DNA of 64,000 nt, taken from Nemertoderma westbladi (taxonomy: Eukaryota; Animalia; Xenacoelomorpha). The notes under the pieces are model-generated. The model saw nothing but the letters and a program-made list of their open reading frames with translations. It made no database searches and was not told the origin of the DNA. This document shows, in pieces, positions 62,945 to 64,000 of the stretch. The position numbers and the translations under genes were made by a program. Every line of letters starts with the position of its first letter. Positions within the stretch are counted from its first letter, which is position 1. The DNA lies in assembly GCA_032718475.1 (NCBI GenBank), contig JAUCBJ010009044.1, forward strand, positions 23,237 to 87,236, in the 5' to 3' direction.

Positions 62945-64000
62945 ACATATCAATGATGTTCTTATAGATTATATATACTGTATATTAATTGTCAATTATA
63001 TTCTTTTTCTATTATAGGATTAACTGGATGTCGAAAACGACTATCTGCGGACAATATGACCATACGATACCGGGATATAACATTTGATAATGATAAGTAT
63101 GCGTTGATAAGTATATATCAATATTTGATGTCATATTCCGACTATCAATGTACTATTAATTGTTGACGCATTTCACCTTACGTATACTAGGAGATTCTAT
63201 ATACATTCTGAATTAAAGAATATACGTTATTCTATACTGTCTGTATCTACTAGGACTGAGCTGCTTGGAGTACAAAATTAGAAAATTGTACGGTGATACA
63301 ACTACAGAGCCTAACAATGAAAGCCTAAATATGTAGAAAAAATGTAATGCAGCCAAGAGCAAAACGCACAATGCAATATCAATAAATAGTTTCGGTAATC
63401 AGATGTTATTTTGCAGCAAGACAATTTAGAAACGCAAAATGTGCAGAAGCGACCATCGCACTGGCATACTGTTGTTATTCCAACGTTATTCCAATTATAT
63501 TGTACATAACCTTTCTTTGGTTCAGTTGAATAACGTATTGTACCTAACCTTTTGGTTCTGATAACTGATAACATACAACTCGACAATTTTAAATTAAAAT
63601 GTTTGGTAATTTGAATAGTCCGGATTTTGTCCGTCTTCAGTCTATATTTCGGTTTTTGTCGGAGTTTTGTTTATTTTGGTGGTTCGTGCGTTAATTAAGG
63701 TAAAAAAATCACAGAAATTGACTTTATATCATATATAAAGTTATTTTTAGAAATTACACCTTTTTCAAAAACGGACAAAATCTAACGATTAAGTCGGTTT
63801 TTGTCAGTTTTCTTGTCCGTTTTTTGTCCGTTTTTTAATTTTATACGTTGTTCTAATTATAAGGTCATAAAATAAACCTTTTAAAACGCAATAAACGAGA
63901 TTTTTCTGAACAAAACTCATTTTTCATCAAAAAAATACCGTCCGATGTCGGATTTTTTTTAAAAACGGACAAAAAATGAGTGAACGCTTCACGATTTTGC

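Noticed and set aside
63615-64000. Clustered TTTTGTCCG / CGGACAAAA motifs suggesting a DNA transposon end
   Set aside because: No TIR or TSD can be defined before the window ends
51030-64000. Upstream myosin VIIa (MyTH4-1) exons
   Set aside because: No matching peptide found by eye in the non-repetitive stretches

Overview
Repeat-rich invertebrate animal genomic DNA. The minus strand carries 14 phase-consistent exons of the tail of a myosin VIIa gene (FERM1-SH3-MyTH4-FERM2, 12032-26248). Its introns hold MITEs, SINEs, LINE fragments and many minisatellites. A giant (~19.7 kb) BEL/Pao LTR retrotransposon (31344-51029, + strand) has a decayed gag-pol. In the env position it carries an intact 1442-aa ORF that looks non-env: a WRN/EXD-type DEDDy 3'-5' exonuclease-like domain, a triple Cys/His zinc-finger cluster and a basic C-terminal tail. 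This is the best candidate for an undescribed system. Other notable items: (1) a 4.8-kb satellite built from the 3' end and splice donor of a myosin VIIa exon (GTR[L/R]QPPSWLELQ|gt); (2) a tRNA-headed SINE-like element ending in a minimal type I hammerhead ribozyme, sense to the myosin pre-mRNA; (3) a head-to-head tRNA-like palindrome; (4) several arrays amplified in place from LINE, SINE or exon sequence. The 2000-3000 aa ORFs in the track are tandem-repeat artefacts. All family assignments come from motif recognition by eye; no searches were run.
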